The notes beneath the pieces were generated by a model. That model worked only from the letters and a program-made list of their open reading frames with translations. It was not told where the DNA came from and made no database searches. Source: a virus (lineage: Duplodnaviria > Caudoviricetes). Taken from it: a stretch of 33,823 nt of DNA. The DNA lies in the IMG/VR virus record IMGVR_UViG_3300012667_000562, positions 1-33,823 of that record. One strand, written 5' to 3'. Shown piece by piece: positions 31,340 through 33,823 of the stretch. How positions within the stretch are numbered: position 1 is the first letter of the stretch; each line of letters starts with the position of its first letter. The translations under genes and the position numbers were made by a program.

Positions 31340-33823
31340 ATGCCAGTAACTGGATGCGGGGCCGAAATGGCCAAACTGATGGACGTGTCAGACCTTGACG
31401 TGGCGTTGATCGAGGACACCATTGCCGAGCGCCTGGCACTTGGCATCACCCAAGAGGCCGCACAGCGTCAAGCCGTGGACGAGGCCCTGGCGCAACTTGC
31501 CGAAGAACGAGCCGCTGTGATGCGGGCGGTGAAAGAACAGCTTGGGCCAAAAGAGAAGCCACCAGAGTCACCGAAGAAGGCGGAGCCACCGGCAAAGGCC
31601 AAAGACCAGACTGACACGCCAGCCTTCAAGCGCTGGTTCGGTGACAGCAAAGTGGTCGACGCCGATGGCAAGCCGCTGGTGGTGTATCACGGGACGAGCC
31701 AGAACCAGCAGGGTGAAGCGTTCACAATGCTGGACGCCTACGCCTCCAACTACGGCCTGTTTGGGCAGGGCGCTTACCTGACGGTCGATCCATCAATCGC
31801 CAGCGAATACACGTCGAAGGGGCGCGGGCCGAGTCCGACCGTGTACCCGCTCTACGCTTCCATCAAGAACCCTATCGACATGGATGCCAAGGCCGACCCG
31901 CAGCAGTGGGCCGACGCATACCCCGACTTCGACGTGGAGGCTTATCACGAGGGGGGCACGAACAACGAGAGCTACTACCGTGCGGTCGAAGAGGCTGTGC
32001 GCGACGAAGGCATGGAGAAGTGGGAGGGCGCTGAATTAATGCAGGACGGCCTGCGCCGGATGGGCCATGACGGCATCACCCACATCGGTGGCGGGAGAGT
32101 CAGGAGCGAGGGCAAGCAGCATCGAGTGTTTATCGCTTTTGACCCCGAGCAGATCAAGAGCGCCATCGGCAACAACGGCGACTTTGACCCGGCCAATCCC
32201 AGCATCGTGCGTGAAAACGCGCCCAACTACAAAGGCAAGGCGGTGCGCGAGGATGCGCCGCAGTACGAGGCCCCGAAGCCCAAGCGCAACCGCGATGCGC
32301 TGGGCCGCGTGAAGTTCCGCCTGGGTGAAGTGGCACTGGGCAAGCTGGACGCTGCAACCAAGCCGCTGCAGGTGATGTTCGGCATGCGTATGGCAAGCCC
32401 CGAGCTGCGCAAGCAACTGCGCCAGATGAAGGCAACCATTGAAGAAGCCAAGCGCACATCCGCCAACGTGGCCAAGGAAATGAGCGCCATGTCCGAGGCT
32501 GACCGGGCCATGGTGTCCGACATCGTGGAAAAGATGATTGCCCCCGGCGCGGTGCCGCCAGAGCATGCGGTGAAGGTGGCAGACGCCATCACCAAGACCA
32601 TGGATCAGCAGACCAAGGAGCTGGTGGAGTTGGGCATGTTGAGCGCTGAAAGCGCAGACCGCTGGCGCGGCCGCTACCTGCCACGCCTTTACAACCGGCC
32701 CGACATGCTGGACGACGGCGTGACCGAAGCCGTCAAAAACCTTTTCCGAAGCGGATCACCCGCCATGCGCGGCATTGGTGGCGGATCACTGAAGGGGCGC
32801 GGCCTGTTTGAAGAAGTGTCGATTGACGCGGTGGGCCAGTGGACTGCCATGGGCTACGAAGTGCGTGACCCGCATTGGAAGATGAACCAGGACAAGCTGG
32901 AGCTGAAAGACCCGAATGCGCCCCAAGTGGCCAAAGACACGGTGATTGTGTGGCGCGACTGGACACCCAGCGAGCGCCTGCAGATGGGCGAAAACCGGGA
33001 TGCGCTTTTCAGGTTTGTGAAGGGCTACACCAGCATGCAGCGGGACATTGCACTGGGACGGCTGTTCAAGAACCTGGCCAGCAACACCGAATGGGCGCGC
33101 AAGACCGAGGCCGAGGGCTGGGTGAAGGTGCCTGACACGGAGATTGAAGGCACGGGCGGCGTGAAGCGCTACGGCAACCTGGCCGGGTTGTATGTGCGTG
33201 AAGACGTAATGAGCCACCTGTCACGGTTTGAAGATGCCAGCGAGGCCATGCAGATTTACCGCGAGGCGCTGGGCCTGTGGAAAGAAGGCAAAACGGCACT
33301 CAACCCGGTGGCCCACTTCAACAACATGATGGGCAACCTGAGCATGGCCCACTTTGCAGGCGTGTCGTATTGGGATGGCCACAAGTACGTGGCCGCCGTG
33401 CGTGACCTGAAGACCGGCGCGCCGATGGTGGAAGAAGCAACCAAAGCAGGGCTGTTTGCTGGCAGCTTCAGCCAAGAAGAATTCGCCCAGGCCATGCCCA
33501 AAGAGCTGCAAGAGCTGATGAAGCTGGACGAGAGCCGGGCCCGGCGCGCCACCAACAAGGTGATGAACGCGCTGGCGCTGGGCATGCGGCAACCACTCAG
33601 GAACGCTTACGAGTTTGAGGACTCATTTTTCAAGTACCTGATTTACCGTGACGCGCGCAATCAGGGCCTGAGCCCGGACGATGCGGTGGACTACGCCACC
33701 CGGTACATCTTCACCTATGACGATCTGCCCAAGGGCGCGCGGGTGCTGCGCGATTCTGCTGTGCCGTTCTTTGCCTGGACGTACAAGGCTATTCCGGCGC
33801 TGCTGCACACGGCCGCCGTGTAC
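31340..33823 (+). CDS. Second giant polyvalent ejection protein with ART-PolyVal-like domain (runs off window)
   Basis: Not in the ORF track because it has no stop. SD GGAGGG. MPVTGCGAEM...FKRWFGDSKVVDADGKPLVVYHGT...GQGAYLT...IKNP...GHDGI...FDPEQIKSAIGNNGDFD; ends ...VPFFAWTYKAIP. Confidence 0.85.
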   Translation, partial: MPVTGCGAEMAKLMDVSDLDVALIEDTIAERLALGITQEAAQRQAVDEALAQLAEERAAVMRAVKEQLGPKEKPPESPKKAEPPAKAKDQTDTPAFKRWFGDSKVVDADGKPLVVYHGTSQNQQGEAFTMLDAYASNYGLFGQGAYLTVDPSIASEYTSKGRGPSPTVYPLYASIKNPIDMDAKADPQQWADAYPDFDVEAYHEGGTNNESYYRAVEEAVRDEGMEKWEGAELMQDGLRRMGHDGITHIGGGRVRSEGKQHRVFIAFDPEQIKSAIGNNGDFDPANPSIVRENAPNYKGKAVREDAPQYEAPKPKRNRDALGRVKFRLGEVALGKLDAATKPLQVMFGMRMASPELRKQLRQMKATIEEAKRTSANVAKEMSAMSEADRAMVSDIVEKMIAPGAVPPEHAVKVADAITKTMDQQTKELVELGMLSAESADRWRGRYLPRLYNRPDMLDDGVTEAVKNLFRSGSPAMRGIGGGSLKGRGLFEEVSIDAVGQWTAMGYEVRDPHWKMNQDKLELKDPNAPQVAKDTVIVWRDWTPSERLQMGENRDALFRFVKGYTSMQRDIALGRLFKNLASNTEWARKTEAEGWVKVPDTEIEGTGGVKRYGNLAGLYVREDVMSHLSRFEDASEAMQIYREALGLWKEGKTALNPVAHFNNMMGNLSMAHFAGVSYWDGHKYVAAVRDLKTGAPMVEEATKAGLFAGSFSQEEFAQAMPKELQELMKLDESRARRATNKVMNALALGMRQPLRNAYEFEDSFFKYLIYRDARNQGLSPDDAVDYATRYIFTYDDLPKGARVLRDSAVPFFAWTYKAIPALLHTAAVY

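Overview
The whole window is a segment of a temperate, podovirus-type phage or prophage. The GC-rich codon style suggests a Betaproteobacterial host (inference). From left to right it contains: the end of a leftward early operon (truncated Bet recombinase plus three tiny membrane ORFs); a lambdoid immunity region (PL, a membrane gene co-transcribed with a LexA/S24-type CI, PRM/PR, Cro, five AACCATAGTT-type operators); a YdaU-type initiator with internal iteron-like repeats; a nin-like region (NinB, Ref-like, RusA); terS-terL-portal-scaffold-major capsid; a beta-helix tailspike, two holin-like genes and a collagen-like fibre; adaptor and nozzle; three ejection proteins; and two giant polyvalent (DarB/DdrB-like) proteins. 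The first carries ParB-like, LPD5-like, zincin/LPD1 and JAB domains. The second carries an ART-PolyVal-like domain and runs off the window. A five-gene fibre-like cassette separates them. The most notable observations are: (i) a five-copy AWWTRTCCS-N20-(-10-like) motif ahead of late gene blocks, with no Q gene visible; (ii) a small DDxxD isoprenoid-synthase-like gene in the slot usually held by a GNAT-like gene just before the ejection proteins; (iii) the cassette between the polyvalent genes; (iv) a ~270-nt capsid leader with repeated UCGC-loop hairpins. All family assignments come from motif recognition by eye, not from database searches.
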